From the NCBI GenBank assembly GCA_965214705.1, contig CBDCCI010000002.1:2176001-2240000 (forward strand): a stretch of 64,000 nt of DNA, in the 5' to 3' direction. Below are positions 9,499 to 19,729 of this stretch, one piece after another. Origin of the DNA: Alphaproteobacteria bacterium (GTDB lineage: Bacteria > Pseudomonadota > Alphaproteobacteria > UBA828). The notes beneath the pieces are model-generated. The model saw only the letters and a program-made list of their open reading frames with translations, was not told the origin of the DNA and searched no databases. The translations under genes were made by a program, and so were the position numbers. Every line of letters starts with the position of its first letter. The stretch's first letter is position 1.

Positions 9499-12400
9499 TC
9501 AGGTCCTGACGACAAGCCGCTGGTTCGGCCACGGATGACGGATGCTGGCCTTGGGCCAGTGGGCAGCAGTGAGGGGATTGATATCCTCCCACGCGGTGCG
9601 GTCCCGTTGGGACCTTCGCCGCAGGGCACGCATGAGCAGCCGTTTGCATTGGTGCACGAACCGCACCAGATAGCGGCCGCTCCCGGGTACGCCGTAGTAG
9701 TTGAGCCAGCCGTCGATGACCCTTCCCAGCCACTTCGCTGTCTCGTGCCGGTTGTCGTGCCAGCGCTTGCGCAGCCTTTCCGCGATCCCCCGCAGAGTGC
9801 GGTTGACCCGTTTCCGGGATGGCCTGCGGCCGACCCTGAACCGTCCCTTCCTCGACTGGTCGCAGAAGTGCGTCATGCCAAGGAAGTCGAACGTCTCCGG
9901 CTTGCCCTGCCCCCGTGTCCGGCGGTTCGCTTTCGCGTAGCGGCCGAATTCGATGAGCCGGGTCTTGCCCGGATGCAGTTCCAGTCCGTACTGGGCCAGC
10001 CTCTCGCCGAGGTCCCGGAGGAAACGCTTCGCGTCGCCCTCGTGCTGGAAGCCGCACACAAAATCATCGGCGTATCGCACGATGATTGTGTCGCCTCCTG
10101 CCGTCCGTTTGCGCCATGTGTTGTGGAACCAGTCGTCGAGCACGTAATGCAGGTAAACGTTGGCGAGGCAGGGTGAGATTATCCCACCCTGCGGAACGCC
10201 CCTGCCGGTGTCCGTCCAGTCGGTCCCTTCCATGACGCCGGCGTTCAGCCACTTGACGATCAGCCGCATGACCCGCGTGTCTCCGATGCGCCTTTCGAGC
10301 ATCCCGACCAGGTGGTCCCGCCCGAGATTGTCGAAGAACCCGCGGATGTCGGCGTCAACGACCCAGTTGACCTTCCGCCGTTCCATTCCAACCGCCACGG
10401 CGTCGAGCGCGTTATGCGTCCCCCGCCCCGGCCGGAAGCCGTAGCTGAAGCCGAGGAACTCCGTCTCGTAGATCGGCACCAGAATCGTATCCGTCACCGC
10501 CCGCTGGAGTATCTTGTCCTCCAGCGAGGCGATGCCGAGCGGTCGTTGTCCCCCGTCCTCTTTGGGTATGTAGACCCGCCGCGACGGCGGCGCCCGATAC
10601 GCCCCCCTGTGCACACGCCCGTGCAGGTCGACCAAGCGATCTTCCAGCCCGTCGGCGTATGCCTCCCACGTGACGCCGTCCACCCCCGCTGCCGCGTCCT
10701 TTCTCAGCGAATGGTACGCGTCGCGCAGGCAGTCAACCGTCACATGGTGGAGGAGCGCCACGAGACACTCATCCGGGTTCCTCTTTGCAGCCTGTCGTAT
10801 CCGGTCGGCCGCCTGTGACTCGCTTCCCCGCTTCTGCGCGCGGCGCGAGCTTTGGCCTTTCGGATTGCCCTTGGGTCCGCCCCTTCGCTCCCCCGGCTCC
10901 GCCGGCCCCGAGGGGCCGTTGTTCGCCGGCTTCATTGCTGTCGGGTCGGAGGAGGCGCCCCGCGAGGCTAGCCTCCGTCCGCCGCTCAAACGGCCCGTAC
11001 GGTTTTCCCGTAAGCCGCTTTCACAAAGGTGTCTCAACGAAGGTTCAAGGACGGAACCAGTGAGATCAGGCGAACAAGCCCGTATTCGTCGATCAGCTTG
11101 CGCTCCGGCAACTGTTTCCAGCCAGCGTTGCGCCAGCGCTTGCGACGATGCGACCAGAGCCGCCGCACGATCCAGCCGTCAAGCTGGTGGAAGAGCCCGC
11201 GGACGTGGGCCTTGCAATAGTATTGGCCCCATCCCCGAATGATCGGGTTGATCTCGTCAATCAGCTCCTGCGTGCTGACAGGAGCCTTGCGCCGGGTACG
11301 CTGGCGAATCTGGTCCTTGAAGTGCCGGATGGATTTCTCACGCGGAACCGCGTAGCGCGCTCCCCCGCGAACCCCGCTCTTGATCTTGGAGGACGACAGC
11401 CGGAGAGGCCGCTCGCCCTGCTTGATCTTGTAGCCGAGGAACTCAAACCCGTGCCTGACATGGACAATGCGGGTCTTCCCGGCGTTGAGGGACACACCCA
11501 GCTTTGCCAGAATCCGCCTGGCCGTCTCCAGTGCTGCGCGGGCTTCCCCGCGTGTGCGGCACGTGATCAGCCAATCATCGGCGTATCGCGTTAGTCGATA
11601 GCCGCGACGACGCATTTCCCAATCGAACGGGGTCAGCAAGATATTGCTGAGCAGCGGTGAAACGATGCCGCCCTGCGGAGTGCCCTGTTCGGTCGGCAGC
11701 CTCTTACCGTCGGCCACCACCCCGGCCGTGAGCATCTGCCTGAGCAGACCTAATACCCGGCCATCCGAGACTCGCTGGTTGACGAGTTCGAGGAGCTTTT
11801 CGTGGTCCACGGACCCGAAAAAGTCTTTCAAATCCGCATCGAGAACCCACTCGTTGCCCTCGTCCAGTTCCCTCCATATCTTGCGTAACGCTCCATGGGC
11901 AGACCTTCCTTGCCGGTACCCGTAGTTGGCATCGTCGAACACCGGCTCGAAGATCGGTTCCAGCCGGTTCAGCAGCGCCTGCTGGCACACCCGGTCGTAG
12001 ATTGTCGGGATGCCGAGCGGGCGGAACTTCCCCGGCTGGCCCGCCTTGGGGATCAGGCATTGGAGAACCGGCTGCGGGTGATACTCACCGTCCCGCAACT
12101 CCCGGTGCAGGCGATCGAGATTTGCATCCAGCGATGCCTCGAACGCCGCTAAATCCTCTCCGTCCACGCCACCGGCACCCCGGTTGCGCTTCACCTTTTC
12201 CCAGGCCACCTCAAGGTTCTTCCGCTTGTACACCTTGTCCACCAGTGAGTGGACCTTCCTGTCACCCGCCGGGTTGATCCAGTCGATGAGTCTCCTCGGG
12301 CCATGATGTCCGGGTCTTTCGCTCAAGGAACTTGTCCGCGTCATGGTCCTTACTCACTCATCGCTGTCTCTCGCCGACCACCTCTGCCAACCGACTTCCC

Positions 12401-13001
12401 CGGCCCACACGGCCGCCGCTCGCGCGGTCACCCGGCTTTCGCCGGGCTTCAGGTACTATTCGGTTGTCCGATTGCTCGCCGCGCATCCTTTCCCATTTCG
12501 CCTTTCGGCTTATAGGGTCCGTTATCCCGGTGCCACCCGGGAACGCGGCGAGCCCTCCTGGGGTCACGTCCAGATCTTCCGTACCGTGCCGCTCGCAAAC
12601 ACCTTGGTGCGACGGGTGGGTAAGAACGCCTTCGCCGCCATAGTGCCGGCTCGACCTTGCCCCGTCTTTGGCCGACCGATTCATCATGGGGTGGCCCCCT
12701 CGATTACGGCCCGGTACTTCTCCGCAAGCCCTTCAGATTCCACCTCGCGGTGGACACCCTGCCTTCCGGTTGTCTTTCGACAGTGGACCAACTTAGCTCC
12801 TCCCTTGGCTGTCTCCGCCGTTTCCGGCTTCGTGCCCGTTTAGAGTTTCGCTTATCGGCTCACTCCGGCCAGTGAGGAATTACCCCCACTTTTGGATATG
12901 GCGCCCCTTACCCGAGCGCCAGTGGGACTTGAACCCACCTGATCTGGGCGCTGCCCAGCACACACTATGGGCGAATCTGATTTCTTCGAACCGTACATCA
13001 T
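9499..13001 (-). CDS. Group II intron A reverse transcriptase/maturase, join(13001..12964,10939..9499), 492 aa after intron B splicing
   Basis: ALLHHVT, AAAGVDG, RPLGIASLEDK, PQGGIISPCLANVYLHY, RYADDF, FDFLGMTH. No C-terminal HNH endonuclease domain. Frame is restored when 10940-12963 is removed. Confidence 0.88.
10940..12963 (-). mobile_element. Group II intron B (2024 bp) nested inside intron A copy 1
   Basis: 5' GTGTG at 12963. Domain V GAAAGCGGCTTACGGGAAAACCGTACGGGCCGTTTG and 3' end CCGACCCGAC at 10940. Removing it rejoins CCCATAGT|AGCAATGAAG exactly as in copy 2. Confidence 0.93.
11034..12344 (-). CDS. Group II intron B reverse transcriptase/maturase (no endonuclease domain)
   Basis: HSLVDKVY, RGAGGVDG, RPLGIPTIYDR, GTPQGGIVSPLLSNI, RYADDW, FEFLGY, maturase X motif INPIIRGWGQYY. 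Confidence 0.93.
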   Translation of the reverse strand: MTRTSSLSERPGHHGPRRLIDWINPAGDRKVHSLVDKVYKRKNLEVAWEKVKRNRGAGGVDGEDLAAFEASLDANLDRLHRELRDGEYHPQPVLQCLIPKAGQPGKFRPLGIPTIYDRVCQQALLNRLEPIFEPVFDDANYGYRQGRSAHGALRKIWRELDEGNEWVLDADLKDFFGSVDHEKLLELVNQRVSDGRVLGLLRQMLTAGVVADGKRLPTEQGTPQGGIVSPLLSNILLTPFDWEMRRRGYRLTRYADDWLITCRTRGEARAALETARRILAKLGVSLNAGKTRIVHVRHGFEFLGYKIKQGERPLRLSSSKIKSGVRGGARYAVPREKSIRHFKDQIRQRTRRKAPVSTQELIDEINPIIRGWGQYYCKAHVRGLFHQLDGWIVRRLWSHRRKRWRNAGWKQLPERKLIDEYGLVRLISLVPSLNLR

Positions 13002-13359
13002 TGGGTTGCGGTATAGCTCCTTTCCTTAGCGGCCCCGCACGACCGCGGGGCAGTTCGAAGACCTCCCAGGTCCCGGTGGACTGCTTCGGCACGTGCCATG
13101 GTTCTTAGACCCCGCAGAGCCCCTGCTCGCCTCACCAAAACGGCTCACAGGGTGTTGCCTTCGGCTAATCTGACAGCCTCGGCACCCCGGTTGAATCAGG
13201 TTTCGTGGCTCAATAGCCCGGCCCGTGCCTGCCGCTTCCCAACGCTTCGCCTGCCGCCTCGCGACGACCGGCGCATGGGTCGCGGAGAAAGTGGTCGGTT
13301 CACCTCTCTTTCTGCCGGGACTTCCACCCGGCGACATTCCACCAGTTTGCCTGGCGCAC

Positions 13360-15749
13360 CAGACTTCCTGACCTCTGCTGATTTGGGGTGATGCGGTTTG
13401 CGTGGATTCCGGGGCTGCGGCGACCTCGTAGACCATGCGCAGTTCGGTCCCGGGGAAGACGGTTTCGGTGGCGTTGAGCTCGCTCAGGAGGGCATCGATC
13501 TGGCGGTCGCAGGCGTCATTTGCGAGGCCGAGAATATGGACCCGGAGAACGCCGTTGGCGGGGTCCGGCAGGATGTCGGCATCGGCGGCCAAGAGAGCCT
13601 GAAGCAGTTTCCGGGGATGAGGCTTCTTGCCTTGTCCCTGCATGACGGGGAGCATCATGCGGGTTTCGGCGCGGTAGGCGATCATGCGGATGACGTCGAG
13701 GAGGAGACGGTCGCGTGAGGGCAGGGCATCGAGCTGTCGGTCTTCGTCGAGGTCGCCGGCCCGACAGTGCTTCGGCACGTTCCTGCGGCTGGCCTTGGCG
13801 ATCTCGAGGGCGCCCTCGAGGTCCCTGACCTCGCTCCTGAGCTGCGCCGTCGGCCTCTTTTTCCTGGCCGCGCCGGCGATCCGGTTGCGCAGGCGGGCGA
13901 GCCGGCGTTCGGCGCTGCGGATTGCCTTGTCGTAGGCCCGCCGGAGCGGGTTGACGACCATGGTGTCGGGAGCGAGCGGCTCGAGTTGGTGGGTCGGCAG
14001 GGCGTCGAGGTTGAACTCGTCGCGCATGTACTTGAAGAAGTTTTCCTGCGACCAGCGCGAGACCATGGCGCCTGCGGCCTCGCCCATCGGTTTGTGCGGA
14101 TCGGTGACGATGAAGGGGATCTGGCGGCCGTTGTCCAGCAGGCGGCGGATCTGGCGCACCCTGAAGCCGTTCGGCAACGTCACCGGCTTTTCGGCCAGCC
14201 GCAAGGCGGCGGTGCCGCTCGTCGCCGGTCCGTGAATAGGAACGGTCGTCGCGCTGAAGTCCTCGACCGGCCAATCCTCGCCGCTGAAGTTCTTGTGCCA
14301 GGTCAGGCAAGCGATGCCGCGCCTCGCCAGCCGGCGGAACAGCTCCGGGCTCCAGCCCTCGCGGTCGAAGACCAGGGTGAGCGCGGGGTGGCCGGGCGCC
14401 TGTGCGGTCAGGTCCGGCGCCTGAGCATCGACGATCCCGAGCTCCTGCAGCGCCGCCACCACGTCGGCTTCGATGGCGGCGACCATCTTCGGATCCAGCG
14501 TCTTGTGCAGACAGAGCAGGGGTTTGCCGCCCAGGGCATTGATCCAGTAGCTGGCGCTGGCCGGCAGGCACAGCTTCTGGCGCGAGACGAAGTGTTTCGG
14601 CAGGCGTCCCTTGCGGCCGGCGTAGACCTTGACGTGCCCGTCGACGGCCAGCGTCGCCCAGAGCTCCGGCTCGTCGGCCTGCCAGCGCCTGGCAAGGGCG
14701 AGCTGCCAGGCCCGCACGCCGGCCTCGTCGTTGGCGATCAGCGCGATCTTGCGCCGCAGCGTCTTGACCTCGGGGCAGCGGTCGAGGCCGAGAATGGCGC
14801 CCCATTCGCCCGGCGGCCGGTAGCGCAGGCTCTCGGGATTGCGCACCCGCGCCAAGCTCATGAAGGCCAGGAAGAGCAGGATCGTGTTCAGGCCGTAATA
14901 GCCCTTCGGCAGCGGTGGCAGGACCTCGGTCGCGGCCAGCAGGCCTTCCTTGAGCAGAGCCGGCAGGGCGGTGAGAACGCCACCTGAGCGCACCCCGCGG
15001 GCGGCGCTGCCGAACTGCGGATCGACCGGCCCCGCCTGCCCGCAGCTGGCCAGCACCCGGCCCGAAACATCGCAGGTCGCGCGCCCCATCGGCGCCTGCC
15101 GGTCGCGCCGGTCGCGTGCGGTGCGATCGGTCTGCGGCCCGGCGTCGATGGGGCCTGGTGAGCGGCTCTGCGCCGGTTCCGTCAGGGGCGGCGCTTCCGG
15201 TCGTACCGTCTCGGACCCGGGGGCGCCGGCACCGTCATCGTCGACGCGCCGCTCAACCGCATCGGGCGGTGGACCCTGCGCCGAACCCCCGGGCTCCTGC
15301 GCCGCCTTGCCGATCAGCCCCTGCCGGCGCCACTTGTTGACCGACGCCACCGACACGCCCAGAACCCGGGCCACCGCAGAGCCGCTCAGGCCCGCTTCCA
15401 GCAACGCTGTCGCCTTCTCGGCCAGTTCCGGTGTGAACACCGACGGCCCGCGACCGCGCCGGGGTTTCAGAAACGCCGCTTCACCCTCGGCCAGGTAGCG
15501 CCGCCGCGCGCGCAGCACGGTCGCGCGCGAGACACCGAACGCGTCGACCAGATCCCGTTGCGCGATGTCGCTGACCACCGCGAGCCGGCCAATCCGCATG
15601 AGCATGGCGGCACGGTCATCGGCGGGGTGGCTGTCGAACGGAACGAGATTGGAGAAGTAGGTGAAGGTGTCGTCGGAGATCAGGACGGCGAAGCAGCTGT
15701 TGCCGATCGGAACCGCTTCTGGGGGGCAAATCGGGAGGGTGATGGGCAT
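13360..15749 (-). CDS. Putative DDE transposase, 796 aa; stop codon TG|A split by intron A1 (the A is at 9422)
   Basis: Two HTH-like segments (GVSRATVLRARR; SAVARVLGVSVASVNKW). Acidic motifs VDGH, FDREG, RWSQENFFKY. ORF ends ...RGQEV inside the IR. Confidence 0.82.
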
Positions 15750-15903
15750 GGCTCAGGCCGCCGAATCTGCGTCACCATAAAATAGCAGATTCCGCCGTGC
15801 CGATCAACGAAAACCTGGCCTGAAACGGGAAGAAAGCGGGGAATTTCAACGAGTTCCCGACGCACCGATCCGCATCGCCAAGGCCATGAGGTCAGGAAGT
15901 CTG
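13360..15903 (-). mobile_element. Insertion sequence (2544 bp), large DDE transposase, family not assigned
   Basis: Perfect 16-bp terminal IRs CAGACTTCCTGACCTC (13360-13375; 15888-15903). Single transposase ORF. ATGTT repeats lie outside the flanking introns. Confidence 0.85.
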
Positions 15904-17602
15904 GTGCGCCAGGCAAACTGGTGGAATGTCGCCGGGTGGAAGTCCCGGCAGAAAGAGAGGTGAACCGACCACTTTCTCCGCGACCCATGCGCCGGTCGTC
16001 GCGAGGCGGCAGGCGAAGCGTTGGGAAGCGGCAGGCACGGGCCGGGCTATTGAGCCACGAAACCTGATTCAACCGGGGTGCCGAGGCTGTCAGATTAGCC
16101 GAAGGCAACACCCTGTGAGCCGTTTTGGTGAGGCGAGCAGGGGCTCTGCGGGGTCTAAGAACCATGGCACGTGCCGAAGCAGTCCACCGGGACCTGGGAG
16201 GTCTTCGAACTGCCCCGCGGTCGTGCGGGGCCGCTAAGGAAAGGAGCTATACCGCAACCCAATGATGTACGGTTCGAAGAAATCAGATTCGCCCATAGTA
16301 GCAATGAAGCCGGCGAACAACGGCCCCTCGGGGCCGGCGGAGCCGGGGGAGCGAAGGGGCGGACCCAAGGGCAATCCGAAAGGCCAAAGCTCGCGCCGCG
16401 CGCAGAAGCGGGGAAGCGAGTCACAGGCGGCCGACCGGATACGACAGGCTGCAAAGAGGAACCCGGATGAGTGTCTCGTGGCGCTCCTCCACCATGTGAC
16501 GGTTGACTGCCTGCGCGACGCGTACCATTCGCTGAGAAAGGACGCGGCAGCGGGGGTGGACGGCGTCACGTGGGAGGCATACGCCGACGGGCTGGAAGAT
16601 CGCTTGGTCGACCTGCACGGGCGTGTGCACAGGGGGGCGTATCGGGCGCCGCCGTCGCGGCGGGTCTACATACCCAAAGAGGACGGGGGACAACGACCGC
16701 TCGGCATCGCCTCGCTGGAGGACAAGATACTCCAGCGGGCGGTGACGGATACGATTCTGGTGCCGATCTACGAGACGGAGTTCCTCGGCTTCAGCTACGG
16801 CTTCCGGCCGGGGCGGGGGACGCATAACGCGCTCGACGCCGTGGCGGTTGGAATGGAACGGCGGAAGGTCAACTGGGTCGTTGACGCCGACATCCGCGGG
16901 TTCTTCGACAATCTCGGGCGGGACCACCTGGTCGGGATGCTCGAAAGGCGCATCGGAGACACGCGGGTCATGCGGCTGATCGTCAAGTGGCTGAACGCCG
17001 GCGTCATGGAAGGGACCGACTGGACGGACACCGGCAGGGGCGTTCCGCAGGGTGGGATAATCTCACCCTGCCTCGCCAACGTTTACCTGCATTACGTGCT
17101 CGACGACTGGTTCCACAACACATGGCGCAAACGGACGGCAGGAGGCGACACAATCATCGTGCGATACGCCGATGATTTTGTGTGCGGCTTCCAGCACGAG
17201 GGCGACGCGAAGCGTTTCCTCCGGGACCTCGGCGAGAGGCTGGCCCAGTACGGACTGGAACTGCATCCGGGCAAGACCCGGCTCATCGAATTCGGCCGCT
17301 ACGCGAAAGCGAACCGCCGGACACGGGGGCAGGGCAAGCCGGAGACGTTCGACTTCCTTGGCATGACGCACTTGAACGAAGCCGCTACGCGGAGTTAGCG
17401 GCGTAGAGTTCATTCATTTCCGAGGCGTCGCGGGTGCCGTTTGTTCTGTGCGTTCGCTTCCCGGTTGCGTCAGTGGCGCTCCGCCCGTCGGGTGGCGGAT
17501 CCCCAGCAGCCTCCCGATCACCAGTGGTTAGCATCGACCCCTGCGACGGACCGTCGCCGGATCGGTCCGGCGGCGCGCCGTCGCGATCCAGGGAGATCGA
17601 TA

Positions 17603-18481
17603 ATGACCGGGACCGCGTGCGACACGAACACCGTCACCCCTCTTCGCCAGCGCATGGAGGAGCAGCTCCGCATCGCCAATCTGGCCGCGAGCACGTCCAA
17701 GGCCTACATCTGCGAGATCAAGAACCTGGCCAGGTACTACGACGCCTCGCCGGACGAGCTCGACGCCGAGCAGGTGCGCCAGTGGTACCTGGGGCGGATC
17801 GACAAGGGGCTCAGTCCGGGCACGACCAACGTCTCCTTCGCCGCGCTGAACTTCCTCTACATCGACACACTCGGCTGGCCTGACCATGTCGCCGGCCTGC
17901 GCTCCCGCAAGAAGCCCGGCAAGCTGCCGCGCTACATGTCGGAGCAGGAGGTCGAGCACCTCATCCTTGCGACACCCGACCTCCGCCACCGTGCTGCCAT
18001 TGTCACCGGCTATGGCGGCGGGCTCCGCATCTCCGAGACCTTGGCCATCAAGGTCGGCGACATCCTGTCGGAGAAGAAGCTGCTGCACATCCCCTCCGGC
18101 AAAGGCGGCACCGAGAGAATGGCACCGTTGCCGGACATCGTCATCCACTACTTGCGCGTCTACTACAGGAACATCTGGCCGCGTCCGACGAGCTGGCTCT
18201 TCTACGGCGTCTCGCTCGACAGGCCCATCGCAACGGAGACCTTGCAGGCCGCCTTCAGGAGGGCGCGCGACATTGCCGAGCTCGACCGCAGCTACACCTT
18301 CCATTGCCTGCGCCATTCGGCGGCGACCCATCTCCTCGAGCGCGGCGGCGATATCGAGGTGATCCGGGACATGCTCGGCCATCGAAGCGCGAACACGACC
18401 CGTCACTACGCCCGCGTCACCGGCAAGATGTTCGAGGGCCTCGACCACCCGATCTCAGGCTTCGCAGCGTTGCGCAACTGA
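17603..18481 (+). CDS. Tyrosine recombinase/integrase
   Basis: Catalytic set GLRISE (R), GKGG (K), HCLRH (HxxR), LGH, TRHY (Y). Confidence 0.92.
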   Translation: MTGTACDTNTVTPLRQRMEEQLRIANLAASTSKAYICEIKNLARYYDASPDELDAEQVRQWYLGRIDKGLSPGTTNVSFAALNFLYIDTLGWPDHVAGLRSRKKPGKLPRYMSEQEVEHLILATPDLRHRAAIVTGYGGGLRISETLAIKVGDILSEKKLLHIPSGKGGTERMAPLPDIVIHYLRVYYRNIWPRPTSWLFYGVSLDRPIATETLQAAFRRARDIAELDRSYTFHCLRHSAATHLLERGGDIEVIRDMLGHRSANTTRHYARVTGKMFEGLDHPISGFAALRN

Positions 18482-18487
18482 CGGCGC

Positions 18488-19729
18488 GTGGAGGCCGAAC
18501 GCGCGGGCGTGGCGGAGATCTTCCGCCGCGCCGGCGCCGCTTTCCGTGAGCGCCACAAAGGGCGCATCGACGCCGCCCGGCTCAAGGTCATGGGCGCCAT
18601 CGAGGCGTGCCGCACCGCCGTGCTCGGCGGCCACATGTACGCCTGCGAGGGCTGCGGGCGCGAGCATCCGCTCTTCAACTCCTGCCGCAACCGCCACTGC
18701 CCCACCTGCCAGGGTCTCGCCGCCAACCTCTGGAGCGAGGAGCGCGCCGGGGACATCCTGCCGGTGCCCTACTTCCATGTGGTCTTCACCCTGCCCAAGG
18801 AGGTTGCCGCCATTGCCTTCTGCAACCGCAGGGTGGTGTTCGACATCCTCTTCCGGGCCGTCGCCGAGACCCTGCGCACCATCGCCGCCGATCCCCGCCA
18901 CGGCGGCATGCGCATCGGCGGCACCGCGGTCCTCCATACCTGGGATCAGAAGCTCCGCTTCCACCCGCACCTGCACGTGGTCGTGCCCAACGCGGGCTTC
19001 GACGTAGACAGTGGCGAGTGGAAGACGGGGAGCACCACCTTCCTCGCCCCCGTCAAGGTCCTCGGCAGCCTGTTCCGCCGCCTCTTCCTCGAGGAGCTCG
19101 CCCGCGCCCACGGCCGGGGGGACCTGGAGTTCCACGGCACCGTCGCCCACCTCGCCAATCCCGGCGAGTTCCACGCCACGCTTGCCGCCGCCCGGGCCAG
19201 GGACTGGGTGGTCTACGCCAAGCGGCCCTTCCGCGGGCCTGAGCAGGTCTTCCGGTACCTCTCGCACTACACGCACAGGATCGCCATCTCCGACAGCCGC
19301 ATCGTCTCCTTCGACGGCGAGACGGTCTCCTTCCGCCACCGAAAGCCCAAGGCGCCGGGGCAGAGAAAGCCGCGCTACGGCATCGCCACCGTGAGCGCCG
19401 ACGAGTTCATCCGCCGCTTCCTGAGGCACGTCCTGCCGGACGGCATGCACCGCATTCGCTACTTCGGCATCCTCGCCAACGGCTGCCGCGCCAGCACGCT
19501 GGAGAGAGCACGCCAGGCTCTCGGCGCCCTCGGCTGCGCCGCCCCCGAGGGAAGCGTGGACGGCGCTCAGGCCGAGCCCGACGAAGAGCCCGAGATCGGC
19601 ACCGCGCCCGTGGCCTGCCCCCACTGCGGCGGCGTCATGCGCCTCGTCCGCGAAATCCGCCGCCGCCATGAGCCCCGCTCGACGCGCGGCCCGCCGGCGC
19701 TGCCGCCGACCCACAGGGGGAAACCGTGA
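18488..19729 (+). CDS. IS91-family transposase (Y2 HUH) with Zn-binding N-terminal domain
   Basis: CEGC...SCRNRHCPTCQ, YFHVVFTLP, HPHLH (HUH), YLSHY (YxxxY), HRIRYFG. Confidence 0.92.
   Translation: MEAERAGVAEIFRRAGAAFRERHKGRIDAARLKVMGAIEACRTAVLGGHMYACEGCGREHPLFNSCRNRHCPTCQGLAANLWSEERAGDILPVPYFHVVFTLPKEVAAIAFCNRRVVFDILFRAVAETLRTIAADPRHGGMRIGGTAVLHTWDQKLRFHPHLHVVVPNAGFDVDSGEWKTGSTTFLAPVKVLGSLFRRLFLEELARAHGRGDLEFHGTVAHLANPGEFHATLAAARARDWVVYAKRPFRGPEQVFRYLSHYTHRIAISDSRIVSFDGETVSFRHRKPKAPGQRKPRYGIATVSADEFIRRFLRHVLPDGMHRIRYFGILANGCRASTLERARQALGALGCAAPEGSVDGAQAEPDEEPEIGTAPVACPHCGGVMRLVREIRRRHEPRSTRGPPALPPTHRGKP

Larger units (their letters stand above)
9423..13359 (-). mobile_element. Group II intron A, copy 1 (1913 bp plus nested intron B)
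   Basis: 5' GTGCG at 13359. Domain V GAGCCGGATGCG...GTCCGGATC and domain VI ending CCCTACCGCGAT at 9423. RT ORF with YADD. Matches 15904-20482 in inverted orientation by eye; 3937-2024=1913 bp, the same net length as copy 2. Confidence 0.93.

Noticed and set aside
13026-15749. 907-aa ORF as a novel transposase fusion domain
   Set aside because: The last 111 codons are intron A 5' RNA sequence, read through because the stop codon is split.
9499-17398. The three RT ORFs as retron, DGR, Abi or CRISPR-associated RTs
   Set aside because: All lie within GUGYG...AY boundaries with domain V/VI and maturase regions. No msr/msd, TR/VR pair or cas genes are present.
17372-17412. attC/integron interpretation of the hairpin next to the tyrosine recombinase
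   Set aside because: No proper RYYYAAC...GTTRRRY pair, no cassette array, and no evident IntI-specific insertion. It fits an IS91-type end better.
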